NCBI GenBank assembly: GCA_965240465.1
Contig: OZ251219.1
Coordinates: 896,001-960,000 of the forward strand
Direction of reading: 5' to 3'
Source: a bacterium
GTDB taxonomy: Bacteria > SAR324 > JACQKK01
Length of the DNA stretch: 64,000 nt
The position numbers and the translations under genes are program-made. Every line of letters begins with the position of its first letter. The stretch's first letter is position 1. This document shows positions 38,555 to 49,211 of the stretch, one piece after another. The notes beneath the pieces were generated by a model that searched no databases, was not told the origin of the DNA, and saw only the letters and a list, made by a program, of their open reading frames with translations.

Positions 38555-39388
38555 ATGAAGAAATTATTACGGTGCGGGGTATCCTCGCTTATTCTCAAAA
38601 GGCAAAAGCTGGAATTCCCTCCAGTACGCCTGATGGGAGTACTCAACCTGACCCCTGATTCATTCAGCGATGGCGGAGAATTTACCACCCCCGAACACGC
38701 CCGCCAGCATGCTCAACGCTTGCTTGCTGCTGGGGCTGATATTCTGGATATCGGTGGTGCTTCTTCTCATCCTCGTGCATCTGTAGTCACCCCAGCCACA
38801 GAACTCCAGCGTGTTGCCGAATTGGTAGAACAACTGGCCGCTCAATTACCGATCCCCATCTCCATTGATACTCAAACCCCATCTGTCGCCCGACAATGCC
38901 TTCAGCTAGGGGCAAACATCATCAATGATGTCAGCGGGTTTGCCAATTCAGAAATGGCTACCATCGCTGATGAATACCAAGCACCACTGGTGATAACCTA
39001 TAATAATTTTCATCATCCGCTCCCACCAGAAGCCTCAATGCTAGAACACATGCTTGATTTCTTTCAGACCACCATAAAAAAAGTTCAACCAGACACTCAA
39101 CTGATACTTGATCCAGGCTATGGCTTTGGCAAAACACCTCAACAAAATCTGCAAATTCTAAATTATCTGCCCCAACTACTTCGCTTGGGACGCCCCGTAC
39201 TCGTTTGTACCTCCCGCAAAGCTTCCCTGGCCCGATTGACTATCGCCGCACCTCCCAAAGAACGCCTCGGGGCCTCCATCGCCAGTGCTCTCCAAGCCGC
39301 CCAGAAGGGAGTACACCTGCTTAGAGTACACGATGTTTTTCCACATCGCCAAGCACTACTATGGCAACAGCAAGTAGAAAATGAATAG
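38555..39388 (+). CDS. folP: Dihydropteroate synthase
   Basis: MGVLNLTPDSFSDGG, INDVSG, LDPGYGFGK, SRK, RVHDV. Confidence 0.95.
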   Translation: MKKLLRCGVSSLILKRQKLEFPPVRLMGVLNLTPDSFSDGGEFTTPEHARQHAQRLLAAGADILDIGGASSHPRASVVTPATELQRVAELVEQLAAQLPIPISIDTQTPSVARQCLQLGANIINDVSGFANSEMATIADEYQAPLVITYNNFHHPLPPEASMLEHMLDFFQTTIKKVQPDTQLILDPGYGFGKTPQQNLQILNYLPQLLRLGRPVLVCTSRKASLARLTIAAPPKERLGASIASALQAAQKGVHLLRVHDVFPHRQALLWQQQVENE

Positions 39389-39423
39389 CTAAAAGCGTCA
39401 GGCGTATTTTTCTATCTAGCAGT

Positions 39424-40443
39424 TTAACTGGCTTTAAGTATTGTTTTATCAAAGGGTGCCAGATGGCAGGCAGAGAAATGTTTGGGGTATATTTCCCTAG
39501 GGATCGGGACTTCTTTTTTGCAACGGTCTTCAGCATATGGGCAGCGAGGATGAAAAGGGCATCCCGAAGGTGGATTAATCGGGTTGGGGACTTCGCCTTT
39601 GATGACTTTTATGGGCGTGGTACTGGGTTTGGGTTCTGGGATGGCCTTCATAAGTGCCTGAGTGTAGGGATGCTGTGGTTTGGAGAATAGTTTTTCAGTG
39701 GGGGCGGTTTCCACCAGACGACCTAGGTACATAACAGCTACCCTCTTGCTGATGTATCTAACAACGGAGAGATCGTGGGAGATAAACAAGAAGGACAGAT
39801 TGTTATTTTTTTGCAGATCAGCCAATAGGTTGACTACTTGGGCTTGAATGGAAACATCTAAGGCAGAAACGGGTTCATCGGCTACAATGAGCCGTGGATT
39901 GAGTGCCAAAGCGCGAGCAATACCAATGCGTTGTCTTTGTCCGCCCGAGAATTCGTGGGGATATTTATGCATTTGCTCTGAGGTTAATCCTACTTGTTCA
40001 AACAGGTCTTTAATTTTTTTGGTGCGTTCTTCAGTAGTGCCCATTTTATGCACCAGCAGGGGTTCTGCCACGATGGTTCCTGCGGTCATGCGAGGATTGA
40101 GCGAAGAATAAGGGTCTTGAAAAATCATTTGCAATTTGCTGCGATACGGCTTGAGAGCAGAACGTTGCAGATGAGTAATATCGTTGCCAGCTAGGGTTAT
40201 TTTACCCGAAGTGGGTTCTAGCAGTCGTACTATTGTTCGTCCTACGGTGGATTTTCCGCAGCCAGATTCTCCTACTAGGCCTAGTGTTTCTGAATCTCCG
40301 ATCTGGAAACTAATTCCATCTACGGCTTTTAGCCAAGCATGGGTGCGGGAGAAGATTCCAGAACGCACTGGAAAATGCATCTTAAGGTTGTTCACCTTTA
40401 GCAAGGGTGTAGTAGATGAGGAAGTTGGGGCTGGTTTTTTCAT
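39424..40443 (-). CDS. Peptide/nickel ABC transporter ATP-binding protein (DppF/OppF-like)
   Basis: GESGCGKS, FSGGQRQR, DEPVSALD, C-terminal CPFHPRC. Confidence 0.95.
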   Translation of the reverse strand: MKKPAPTSSSTTPLLKVNNLKMHFPVRSGIFSRTHAWLKAVDGISFQIGDSETLGLVGESGCGKSTVGRTIVRLLEPTSGKITLAGNDITHLQRSALKPYRSKLQMIFQDPYSSLNPRMTAGTIVAEPLLVHKMGTTEERTKKIKDLFEQVGLTSEQMHKYPHEFSGGQRQRIGIARALALNPRLIVADEPVSALDVSIQAQVVNLLADLQKNNNLSFLFISHDLSVVRYISKRVAVMYLGRLVETAPTEKLFSKPQHPYTQALMKAIPEPKPSTTPIKVIKGEVPNPINPPSGCPFHPRCPYAEDRCKKEVPIPREIYPKHFSACHLAPFDKTILKAS

Positions 40444-40488
40444 CTTCTGTTTAACGGGATTGACAAATAGGGGATGATATTGTGGTAC

Positions 40489-42579
40489 CTAAGCAGAGAG
40501 TTTTTCAGAGTGCCAACAAGCGGCTAGGTGTCCATCAGATTTTTTCTCTAGCGGGGGACGATGTTGACGGCACTTCTCAGTAGCATAAGAACAGCGATCT
40601 CTAAAGACACAGCCCGCGGGCAAATCATGCAGTGGAGGGACAATGCCGGGAATTTCCCTTAATCTCCCGGATTTTTGAGTACTCGGCAAGGAACGCATCA
40701 ATCCTAAGGTATAAGGATGCTTTGGGTTGGAAAAGAGGTCGTTAACCGAAGATTCTTCCACCTTGAAGCCCGCATACATGACGGCTACTCGTTGGCAGGT
40801 TTGGGCAACTACGCCTAAATCGTGGGTAATCATCAGGACCGCAGATTTGCTTTTATGGCAAAGATCTGCCAGTAATTCCAGAATCTGAGCTTGGATGGTA
40901 ACATCCAGGGCGGTGGTGGGTTCATCGGCAATGAGCACTTTGGGGTTGCAGGAAAGAGCCATGGCAATCATCACTCGCTGACGCATTCCCCCTGACATGT
41001 TATGCGGATATTCATCAATTTTGCGATGAGGCTCTGGAATTCGCACTACATCCAACATTTCTATCGTCTTTTGGCGGGCTTCTTTCTTAGACAATCCCTG
41101 GTGTAGGCGAATCACTTCTGATATCTGGAAACCTACCGTCAAGACTGGGTTAAGCGAAGTCATCGGCTCTTGAAAAATCATGGATATATCATTGCCTCTA
41201 ACTCGGCGTAGTTGATTTTCTTTGAGGGAAAGAAGGTCTTTACCCTCAAAATGGATAGATCCTGAGATTTCCACTGGAGGAGAGGGAATAAGCTTCAAAA
41301 TAGTGAGGGCGGCCACGGTTTTGCCACAGCCAGACTCACCTACCAAGCCCATAGTTTGGCCTTTTTTCAGATTCAGGGATAAGTTACTGACGGCCCGCAC
41401 TTTTCCTTGGCGAGCATGAAATACCACGCTGACATCTTCTATTTCCAGCAAATGCCGAGGCGATGATTTGGTATTTGACAAAGGGAGGGTAGCAACATTC
41501 TGCTTAGCGGCGGATTGTTTTTCTGAGCTCCGAGTCTGGGTTGTGAACACTTTTTTGAGATGATAGGGTAGGAGAGCAATAATGTTATGGGGAAGTCTAG
41601 CAGAAATAAATCTGAAATAATAATCCTTTTTATGGGTAGGAGGATTGATGCTTAAACTCATCGGCATATACCAAGGTTTGGTGATTTGAATTAGGGGATC
41701 TAGCCTTTCTCTCAAGGCATCCCCCAGCAGGTTGCTAGCCAGCACTAAGCAGGCAATAGCAGTACCCGGAGCCCACAGCAACCAAGGTGCCTGAGTAGCC
41801 TCAGCTAGACTAAGCTCAGCTAGCATGCGTCCCCATGAAGGAGTAGGGTCTGGGATCCCCAGCCCCAAAAAAGATAGAGAAGCTTCCAGCAATACTGCAT
41901 GTCCTAGTTGGGCACTGACCAATACCAGCAAAGGAGCGTAAAGATTTGGTAATAAATGAAATAATAAAATGCGAAAATAAGAAATCGCCTGCAAATGAGC
42001 CGCTTGAATAAATAAATGCTGACGCAACTCCAGCACCAAGGTACGCACTAAACGGGCCGTTCTTGGGGCCAAAGGAAGAGCAATCGCAACAACCACAGCC
42101 GTCTTTGAAGGACCCACTACCGCTACCAAAACAACCGCCGCTACCAACAAAGGCAAACTCTGCCAAGCTTCCAGCAATCGCTGTAATAAGAAATCGGCAG
42201 CCCGCGGTAGCAAACCACCCAACGCTCCCAGCAAAAATCCGATGCCACCCGATAATAAACACGCCCCGCAAGCAACACTCAGAGATACCCTAGCCCCAAA
42301 CAAAAGACGACTGAAAATATCGCGCCCTAAGGCATCAGCCCCCAGCCAATGAGACCCAGAGGGCAACGACAAGGGCTTTGCTACCGCCTGCAGGGGATCA
42401 TGCAGTACTAACAAATCGGCTGCCAAAGCACAGATAACCAAGCTCCCCAAAACCAGTGCCGCCAACCAAAACTGAACCCCCCATCCCCGCCACCACCAAC
42501 CAACTCGCAGGCTGGATGGCAACTGAGATGGCAATTGAGATGAGAACCGAGATGTTCTGCTAGGCAAAGTTCTTAGCAT
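40489..42579 (-). CDS. Fused ABC permease (DppC-like) and ATP-binding subunit (DppD-like)
   Basis: [21 protein letters not shown] permease, then [24 protein letters not shown] in one frame. Confidence 0.85.
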   Translation of the reverse strand: MLRTLPSRTSRFSSQLPSQLPSSLRVGWWWRGWGVQFWLAALVLGSLVICALAADLLVLHDPLQAVAKPLSLPSGSHWLGADALGRDIFSRLLFGARVSLSVACGACLLSGGIGFLLGALGGLLPRAADFLLQRLLEAWQSLPLLVAAVVLVAVVGPSKTAVVVAIALPLAPRTARLVRTLVLELRQHLFIQAAHLQAISYFRILLFHLLPNLYAPLLVLVSAQLGHAVLLEASLSFLGLGIPDPTPSWGRMLAELSLAEATQAPWLLWAPGTAIACLVLASNLLGDALRERLDPLIQITKPWYMPMSLSINPPTHKKDYYFRFISARLPHNIIALLPYHLKKVFTTQTRSSEKQSAAKQNVATLPLSNTKSSPRHLLEIEDVSVVFHARQGKVRAVSNLSLNLKKGQTMGLVGESGCGKTVAALTILKLIPSPPVEISGSIHFEGKDLLSLKENQLRRVRGNDISMIFQEPMTSLNPVLTVGFQISEVIRLHQGLSKKEARQKTIEMLDVVRIPEPHRKIDEYPHNMSGGMRQRVMIAMALSCNPKVLIADEPTTALDVTIQAQILELLADLCHKSKSAVLMITHDLGVVAQTCQRVAVMYAGFKVEESSVNDLFSNPKHPYTLGLMRSLPSTQKSGRLREIPGIVPPLHDLPAGCVFRDRCSYATEKCRQHRPPLEKKSDGHLAACWHSEKLSA

Positions 42580-42597
42580 TCAGGTTTTTGATTAAGA

Positions 42598-43557
42598 TTA
42601 GGTCCCATGCAAACGAGGGTTGATAAAGGCATTGATAACATCCACTAGTAAATTGATCATCAAGGTCAGCAAAGTAAAAAGTAGCAACATGGTTCGTACC
42701 GATGACCAATCTCGCCAGCGAACCGCATGCACCAATGCCGTCCCCAAACCCGGAAAGTTGAAAACCGTCTCAGTCACCACCAATCCCCCCAACATAAAGG
42801 CAGCCTCCACCCCCAGCACCGTCACCAACGACGGCAACACATTGCGAACCGCATGCACCAATAACACTCCCCGAGGAGACAACCCCTTAGCCAATGCAGT
42901 ACGCCAATAATCCTGCTCAACAGCATCCAGCAAAGACGCACGAGTTATACGCTGCAACAATCCTGCCCCCCGAAATCCCACAATTAAAGACGGTAACCCC
43001 CACATCAAAACCTCCTGCAATCCAAAATCAACCCGAGTACTATATATAGGCAACACCCCAAACCACCTGAAACTAAACACCAAACCTAGCAATCCCAACC
43101 AAAAAGACGGCAAAGACAAACCCAGCAACCCCACTACCCTCAATACCCCGTCCACCAACCGACCCCGCTGCCAAACAGAACAAAACCCCAACCCAAATCC
43201 CAATAACACCATCCATCCCAATGATAGCAAACCCAGTCGAACACTTATTCCCAAAGCCCCCCACAAATAAGGACGCAATGCTTGCTCAAATACATTAGAA
43301 TATCCCCAATCACCACTGAAAAATCCTGCCAGCCACCTCCCATAGCGAAATATCCAGCTGCCATCCATCCCCCAATCATGCTCTAAATGCACCACTGCCT
43401 CTTTACTCGCCAAACCTGCCGACCCCAACAAAGCCTCCGCCGCACTGCCCGGTGCCAATTCGGCTAACCAAAAAGCAAACAACGACACCAACCCCAATCC
43501 CAAAATAGAACACCATAAACGAAACCCCAACAACCTCCATATACTCTGTCTAACCAT
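42598..43557 (-). CDS. Peptide ABC transporter permease (DppB-like)
   Basis: PSFWLG, TALAKGL, ETVFNFPGLG, NPRL. Confidence 0.9.
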   Translation of the reverse strand: MVRQSIWRLLGFRLWCSILGLGLVSLFAFWLAELAPGSAAEALLGSAGLASKEAVVHLEHDWGMDGSWIFRYGRWLAGFFSGDWGYSNVFEQALRPYLWGALGISVRLGLLSLGWMVLLGFGLGFCSVWQRGRLVDGVLRVVGLLGLSLPSFWLGLLGLVFSFRWFGVLPIYSTRVDFGLQEVLMWGLPSLIVGFRGAGLLQRITRASLLDAVEQDYWRTALAKGLSPRGVLLVHAVRNVLPSLVTVLGVEAAFMLGGLVVTETVFNFPGLGTALVHAVRWRDWSSVRTMLLLFTLLTLMINLLVDVINAFINPRLHGT

Positions 43558-43586
43558 CTTGCTAATTCCCCCTGATATGCTCTCAA

Positions 43587-45245
43587 CTAGGGAGCTCTAT
43601 TACCCGTGGGGGTTGTTTTATTCTCCAGCCATACATTCTCCAGTCGCCAGCCATGATAGGCACTCTGGCGTAACTTCAATCCTTTCAATTCTGGCGATAA
43701 AATCGTGTGCCCCCGCAACTGTAGAATTATCGGACGAGCTTGTTCGGCGATGAGACGGCGTTCAATGATGTGTACCAATCGCAATCTTTTTCTAAAAGAG
43801 CGAGTTTGCGACTGCTTTTGAAATAAAACTTCCAGTTCCAGATTGCAATATCCCGAATAATTGCGTTCTGATTGGCAGGAGTAGTTTTCCAAGTACATAG
43901 CATCGGGGTTGTCGGGACCGAGGCCAGTGACGTTCATCCCCAGCTGGAAATCTCCTTCTTTGATACGGCTATGCCAAGCACTTCTATCTATCACCCGAAT
44001 GGTGGGACGGATGAAGGTTCTGCTTAATTGAGCGGTCAGCAAGGAAGCCGCCTTGCGATAAATTCTCACGTCCCGAGTAGATATGACTAAAGACAGCGGT
44101 TTTTTGGCTGAGTATCCTTGCTCGGCGAGGTATTTTTGGGCTTGCTGGAGGGATTTTCTATTTGCTTGCAAGCGGAGTATCTCCTTAGCGGGCAGTCCCC
44201 AAACCCCGTCTGGAGGAGACATAAGTGCTCCCCCTAAAAAAGATCCTTTTGTCCCCCCGAAAGCTTGTTGAAAGGCTTGGCGGTCAATGGCAAAATCGAT
44301 TGCTTGGCGGATGGAAGTATTCTTTAGCACGGGATCTTTAGGATTAAACAACAGATTCAAGGAAGCATTAGAAGGACGTCCTAAGCTAATCAAATTAGAG
44401 GCACGCTTTTGGATATCTTGAGCATCTTGAGGAGTAGCATCGTGAGGAAAGCCCAACTGTTGTTGACCTGATGCCATCGCCAACATGCGAGTGGGATGAT
44501 TAGGAATTATCAAATACACAATCTCATCCAGATAAGGCCGTCTTGGACGCCAATAATTCTCATTCCGTTGCAACTTGATTTCCTGACCCCGCCGCCAATG
44601 CACAAAACGCATCGGACCACTACCCACCGGCTCGGTACGCATCTTAGCCAAGGACACATGAGCTGGATAAACAGGAGAATAACCGCTAGCTAGCATGTCC
44701 AACAGAGAAGGTTGGGGAGCCCGCAGATGAAAACTTACCTGAAAATTGCCAGCGGTGGTAATCTTTTTCACTTGCTGATACCAAACTCGCCTCGGATTCT
44801 TACGCAATAACTGGGCATTCTCGCCTCTGATAACATCCCAAGTGTACTTAACATCGCTACTGGTTAAGGGTTTGCCATCGTGCCATTTTACGTCTTTTCT
44901 AAGTATCAAGCTTAGACGCAAGCCATCTTTGCTCCACTGCCAGCTTTTGGCCAGCTCGGGAACAATTCTTTTGGGTGATTCCACTGCTGAGCGGGGGTCA
45001 TAGGCTACCAGATTGTTAAACAAAGGCATGGCAGGAAAATTAGTACTCAAGGTAGCTTCCTCGTGAATAGACAAACTAGGAGGATTTCCTCGCAACTGAG
45101 CACGCAAAATCCCTCCCCGCGTCTGTGCCAATCCCTCGGTAGGATATGCCAGTAAGCCTCCTATGATGACGGACGCAATAATCACGAACGCAATAACCAC
45201 GAACGAAATAAAATAAGCTGGAACAAAAGAATTAGGGCGAATCAT
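43587..45245 (-). CDS. ABC transporter substrate-binding protein, family 5
   Basis: PELAKSW, LRKDVKWHDGKP, PVGSGP, NYSGYCN. Confidence 0.92.
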   Translation of the reverse strand: MIRPNSFVPAYFISFVVIAFVIIASVIIGGLLAYPTEGLAQTRGGILRAQLRGNPPSLSIHEEATLSTNFPAMPLFNNLVAYDPRSAVESPKRIVPELAKSWQWSKDGLRLSLILRKDVKWHDGKPLTSSDVKYTWDVIRGENAQLLRKNPRRVWYQQVKKITTAGNFQVSFHLRAPQPSLLDMLASGYSPVYPAHVSLAKMRTEPVGSGPMRFVHWRRGQEIKLQRNENYWRPRRPYLDEIVYLIIPNHPTRMLAMASGQQQLGFPHDATPQDAQDIQKRASNLISLGRPSNASLNLLFNPKDPVLKNTSIRQAIDFAIDRQAFQQAFGGTKGSFLGGALMSPPDGVWGLPAKEILRLQANRKSLQQAQKYLAEQGYSAKKPLSLVISTRDVRIYRKAASLLTAQLSRTFIRPTIRVIDRSAWHSRIKEGDFQLGMNVTGLGPDNPDAMYLENYSCQSERNYSGYCNLELEVLFQKQSQTRSFRKRLRLVHIIERRLIAEQARPIILQLRGHTILSPELKGLKLRQSAYHGWRLENVWLENKTTPTGNRAP

Positions 45246-45354
45246 ATTTTCCTAGAACAGAGAAGATAATAATAATGCTAAAGCATGAGATGCTAATAGT
45301 TGCTTGGTCACCAATAATAGGAACTCAACTCTCTATTAAGTTAATTGAATTTTA

Positions 45355-45852
45355 ATGTCAAATCCCAAGACAGACCCCAAAAAATCTGCCCTTCTTAACA
45401 AAGAAGATTTATCCGCTAAGCAAGCACAGCTGCTTGATAAGGCCAAAGCCTTTCTCCAACTGCATTCACGGGTGGTAGAAGATTTTGAGCGTAGCCTAAC
45501 CAAGGCTAGGCATTATCTTAGCTTGGTACGAATAGCTCTAGAAAAGGAACCCGCAGAAGCTTTATCCCTACTAAAACAAATTGAAGAAACCGAATTATCA
45601 AATCACTTGGAACAACAATTTGAAGCTTATGAATCAATAGCCGATCAATTGGAAAAAATTATCCAAACTCAACCCCAAAAAGAACTATCCCTTCAAATAT
45701 CTGAACTGCTTCCCAAACTACGCGAAAACTACCTCACCCAACTGAGAGAATCTGAAGAACAACAACAAATAATCCAAATCCTAAAAGAAAAATTAGCCGC
45801 TCTGAAAACCAATGATAACAAAACCAATGGCACAGAACATAATCATGGCTAA
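45355..45852 (+). CDS. Hypothetical coiled-coil protein
   Basis: 165-aa ORF rich in E/Q/K/L filling the gap; no recognised motif. Confidence 0.65.
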   Translation: MSNPKTDPKKSALLNKEDLSAKQAQLLDKAKAFLQLHSRVVEDFERSLTKARHYLSLVRIALEKEPAEALSLLKQIEETELSNHLEQQFEAYESIADQLEKIIQTQPQKELSLQISELLPKLRENYLTQLRESEEQQQIIQILKEKLAALKTNDNKTNGTEHNHG

Positions 45853-45872
45853 GCACCGCTATGCTCTGAAAA

Positions 45873-46301
45873 CTAGTCAGGCACTAAAAATACGTACATA
45901 GTCCACCCTAAAACTAAGACCAAAACTCCCAGCATTAACAACAACGGCCAAATAGATTTCTGAGGCTCGGTATCATAAAGGCGTTCTTCTTTGAATCCAG
46001 CTTGAGAACTAGGAGTAGGGGTCTTTTCTTCCAGCTCAATAATACGCCGTAGGTCATCCTTGATGATGCTGTCGTTGATTCCGAGTGCTTGGGCATAATT
46101 GCGAATAAATCCTCGCACAAACACAAAATCTGGCAGCCCTTCCAAACTGCCAGCTTCAATCTGCTGGAGAAAATTAATCTGAATACGGGTACGATCCGAA
46201 ATTTCTTTCAAAGGAACGCCGCGTTCCTCGCGGGCAGCCCGTAAACGCCTGCCTAACTTGGCAAATAAATTGTCTAGCTGATTCTCTTCTGGTACGGACA
46301 T
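45873..46301 (-). CDS. Short RodZ-like HTH membrane protein (HTH plus one TM helix)
   Basis: GRRLRAAREERG..L..IS..TRI...L..IE.G...LP..VFVRGFIRNYA; C-terminal TM; near mre locus. Confidence 0.8.
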   Translation of the reverse strand: MSVPEENQLDNLFAKLGRRLRAAREERGVPLKEISDRTRIQINFLQQIEAGSLEGLPDFVFVRGFIRNYAQALGINDSIIKDDLRRIIELEEKTPTPSSQAGFKEERLYDTEPQKSIWPLLLMLGVLVLVLGWTMYVFLVPD

Positions 46302-46428
46302 GGAAAATTATGAGTCAAGGTGATAATGGAGTAACTACCATTCTCTTCACCTTGAACCAATATAGTCAAGTTATTAACGGGAGAATAATACTGCTAAAAT
46401 CCAATATCCACTATTTCCAAAATAAATG

Positions 46429-46501
<73 letters not shown>

Positions 46502-46663
46502 ATGCTATAAAGAGGTTATCCAAAGTAGCTGGTGTTCTGTCAAGTGTAGGGTACAATTAAATCTTGGCTTGAGGTTGAAAATACGCTGGGAGACCTTGTT
46601 TAATGACATGAACCATTAGAGGATGCTATTCTCACGGAAGAGCAGTAGTCGGCGGCGCAATTG

Positions 46664-46738
46664 GTACTTTCTGGGTACTTTCTGAGTACTTTCTGGGTAC
46701 TTTCTGAGTACTTTCTGAGTACTTTCTGGGCACTTTCT
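46664..46738. repeat. 11-bp tandem repeat GTACTTTCTG(G/A), about 7 copies
   Basis: Directly visible just upstream of the mreB-like gene. Confidence 0.95.
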
Positions 46739-46752
46739 TGGAAGAGTGAGCG

Positions 46753-47661
46753 GTGAATTTATTGGGTAGCTGGATGGCAGCGGATGTTGGTCATCGGCAA
46801 TTGAAATTGGTGTGTAGGGGGCATGAGGTCTGGGATCTGGAGATTCCTCCGCTCAGCGACACAGAAGAAGAAGGTCCGCGCTTAGCTGCGGTACTGAACT
46901 GGGGGTTTAGGCAGGGCTGGAACTGGAGTTGGTTCTTGAGAAGAATGAGTGGTCGGCTGGTGGTGGTATATCCGCCGGGAACGGATGATGAAATTCTACA
47001 GAAGTGGCAGCATGATTTGAGTTCCTTAGGTGTTGCCCGACTGGAGATGGTGGATGCATCTTTGGCAGCGGCGGCTGGTAGCGGCGAACAGGTGGGAGAG
47101 TTAGCCTGTCGGGGGGTGTTGAGTATGGGGGCAATTTGCAGTTGGTTTGCGGTGTATGCCTTGGGAGAATTGGTAGCTTGTTGCGAATTGCCATTTGGAG
47201 GTTGGAATTTTGACGTGGCTATCCAGTCATTTATTAAGAGTCGTGATAAAATAGATATTTCGGAGTTGAAAGCAGAAGGATTGCGATCTCAGTTAGGTAG
47301 ACTTCAATTTGGTACTAAGCGTTCAGAATTGCTATTACAAGGAAGAGAATCTTCTGGTACTGAAAAGACAACCATTCTGTACGATACCGAATTATGTGAG
47401 TTGTTGCAGGATTGTCTGGAACCTTTGTTATGGAGTATTCGGGTAGTTATGCGTAAGATACCTCCTGAGATGTTAGTAGATCTTAGTCGGAATCCTTTGT
47501 GTTTGGTGGGTGGATTGGCTCGTATGACCGGGATGGCAGAATTTTTGGAAAAACAACTTCATCTGCCTGTTAAGGTCCCTTCCAATCCAGAGCATGCGGT
47601 GGTGTTGGGAGCCCTGAAACTGGCCGCTGAAAGACGGTTCTGGAGACCAATCTCTAACTAG
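46753..47661 (+). CDS. Highly divergent MreB/Mbl-like protein
   Basis: AAAAGSG, GG..FD.AI, AE.L, PPE..VD, LVGG.A, LPVKV..NP..AV..G match MreB C-terminal half; immediately upstream of mreC. Confidence 0.8.
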   Translation: MNLLGSWMAADVGHRQLKLVCRGHEVWDLEIPPLSDTEEEGPRLAAVLNWGFRQGWNWSWFLRRMSGRLVVVYPPGTDDEILQKWQHDLSSLGVARLEMVDASLAAAAGSGEQVGELACRGVLSMGAICSWFAVYALGELVACCELPFGGWNFDVAIQSFIKSRDKIDISELKAEGLRSQLGRLQFGTKRSELLLQGRESSGTEKTTILYDTELCELLQDCLEPLLWSIRVVMRKIPPEMLVDLSRNPLCLVGGLARMTGMAEFLEKQLHLPVKVPSNPEHAVVLGALKLAAERRFWRPISN

Positions 47662-47675
47662 TTTTTGATTTATCC

Positions 47676-48566
47676 ATGATTGCATTCATCAGACGCCATA
47701 GTTTTAAGCTCAGCTTAGGGGCTGTTTTGCTCTTATTGATGCTACTTAGCTCTATATATCGCAGTAATCCTGATAAATTACAGCCCCTCAATCAACTTGT
47801 TCACGCGGTAGCTGCACCCTTTCAAAACACTGCTTATATTGCTCAAAAGCAGTTGTCTGGGTGGTTTGAGCAATACTTGATCTTGATGGATATAAAAGAG
47901 GAAAATACCAGATTACAGCAACAACTTATACAAATGCAGGCAGAACTTAATCGCTATATTGATGATGCTACTCGCTTCCGATTGCTAAAAAAACAACTCC
48001 GCCTCGCAGAACAAAAGGTACCCCAAAAAGTCTTTGCAGAAGTAATAGGATATTCCGTGGATGGATTCCATCGGGTAGCGATTATTAACAAAGGGCAAAG
48101 AGTAGGAATTCGCCGTAATTATCCTGTGGTGGTGGTGGAAGGGCTGGTAGGGCGAGTACTGTCCGCATCTACCAATCGGTCGGTAATCCAATTACTCAAT
48201 GATCCTAGGCATCGCTTTCCTGTTTCCATTCAAATTTCTCCTCCCCTGAACGAGGCTATCGAACCTCTGAATAGCTCAGTCATCGGTAATCCTCAAGAAC
48301 GTGCTCTGGCAAGCGGAAGACAAAATAAAATTAGGGCAGAACGCATCAGTACCCTAGCCTCCGTCAAATCAGGTGATAGAGTAATTACCAGCGGACTGGC
48401 AGGTATTTTTCCTCGGGGACTAGCAGTGGGCATCGTGGGAGAAGTCTCCAAACCCAAGCACGATGTGTTCCAATATGCAGATATTATCCCCCACGTAGAT
48501 TTTGATAGTCTGGAAGGAGTTTTTATCATCATCCAGCCCCCCAAAAATGATTTGTTCCAACCTTAG
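47676..48566 (+). CDS. mreC: Rod shape-determining protein MreC
   Basis: N-terminal TM, coiled coil with EN..L, INKG...G, GLVGRV, GDRVITSGLAGIFPRGL.VG. Confidence 0.92.
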   Translation: MIAFIRRHSFKLSLGAVLLLLMLLSSIYRSNPDKLQPLNQLVHAVAAPFQNTAYIAQKQLSGWFEQYLILMDIKEENTRLQQQLIQMQAELNRYIDDATRFRLLKKQLRLAEQKVPQKVFAEVIGYSVDGFHRVAIINKGQRVGIRRNYPVVVVEGLVGRVLSASTNRSVIQLLNDPRHRFPVSIQISPPLNEAIEPLNSSVIGNPQERALASGRQNKIRAERISTLASVKSGDRVITSGLAGIFPRGLAVGIVGEVSKPKHDVFQYADIIPHVDFDSLEGVFIIIQPPKNDLFQP

Positions 48567-48634
48567 TGGAAAATATCGCTAGCCAGCACGGGCCATCATA
48601 AACGCCCATCATAAATGCCCATCCCAAATGATTG

Positions 48635-48712
48635 ACGCAGGAAACTAACGCAGGAAACTAACGCAGGAAACTAACGCAGGAAACTAACGCAGGAAACTAA
48701 CGCAGGAAACTA
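48635..48712. repeat. 13-bp tandem repeat ACGCAGGAAACTA x6 ending 2 bp before the mreD ATG
   Basis: Directly visible; preceded by an imperfect 13-bp GCCCATCATAAA repeat at about 48590-48629. Confidence 0.95.
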
Positions 48713-48714
48713 AT

Positions 48715-49197
48715 ATGACGAAAATACTGGTTTATATTTGCATCGGACTAACAGCCTTATGGTTGCAACTGACCCTTGCCCAATGGCTAGCCTGGGGCGG
48801 TAGCCTAAAGCCCAATTTTCCCCTGCTGACTACCTTGCTACTCAGCCTGAGTGGCATCGGAGCAGCCATATTTCCCTATGCAGCCATTATGGGACTAACC
48901 CAAGACGTCCTTTCTCACAATATCCACGGAATATACAGCATAAGCTTTACCCTCACTGCTTTTGCCATCAGGGGATTTGCAGCTTATATTAACTATCAAC
49001 AATCCATCCTCCTGATAGCTACCGTATTCTTATTTGCCATGCTAGAAAGTATCTTCGCTTGGTTTCTGCTACAATTCTCACTCCAACGGCCCCCACTAGC
49101 TAGCTGGCTACTGAGCGGAATCCAAATGTCCGGCTACACAGCTTTGTTGGCACTGCTAGTCAATCGATTACTGCGTGGCATTTTACCCAATAACTAA
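48715..49197 (+). CDS. mreD: Rod shape-determining protein MreD
   Basis: 160-aa hydrophobic protein with KPN.PL and GL.QD motifs between mreC and mrdA. Confidence 0.8.
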   Translation: MTKILVYICIGLTALWLQLTLAQWLAWGGSLKPNFPLLTTLLLSLSGIGAAIFPYAAIMGLTQDVLSHNIHGIYSISFTLTAFAIRGFAAYINYQQSILLIATVFLFAMLESIFAWFLLQFSLQRPPLASWLLSGIQMSGYTALLALLVNRLLRGILPNN

Positions 49198-49211
49198 AAT
49201 AGGTGCTTTAA

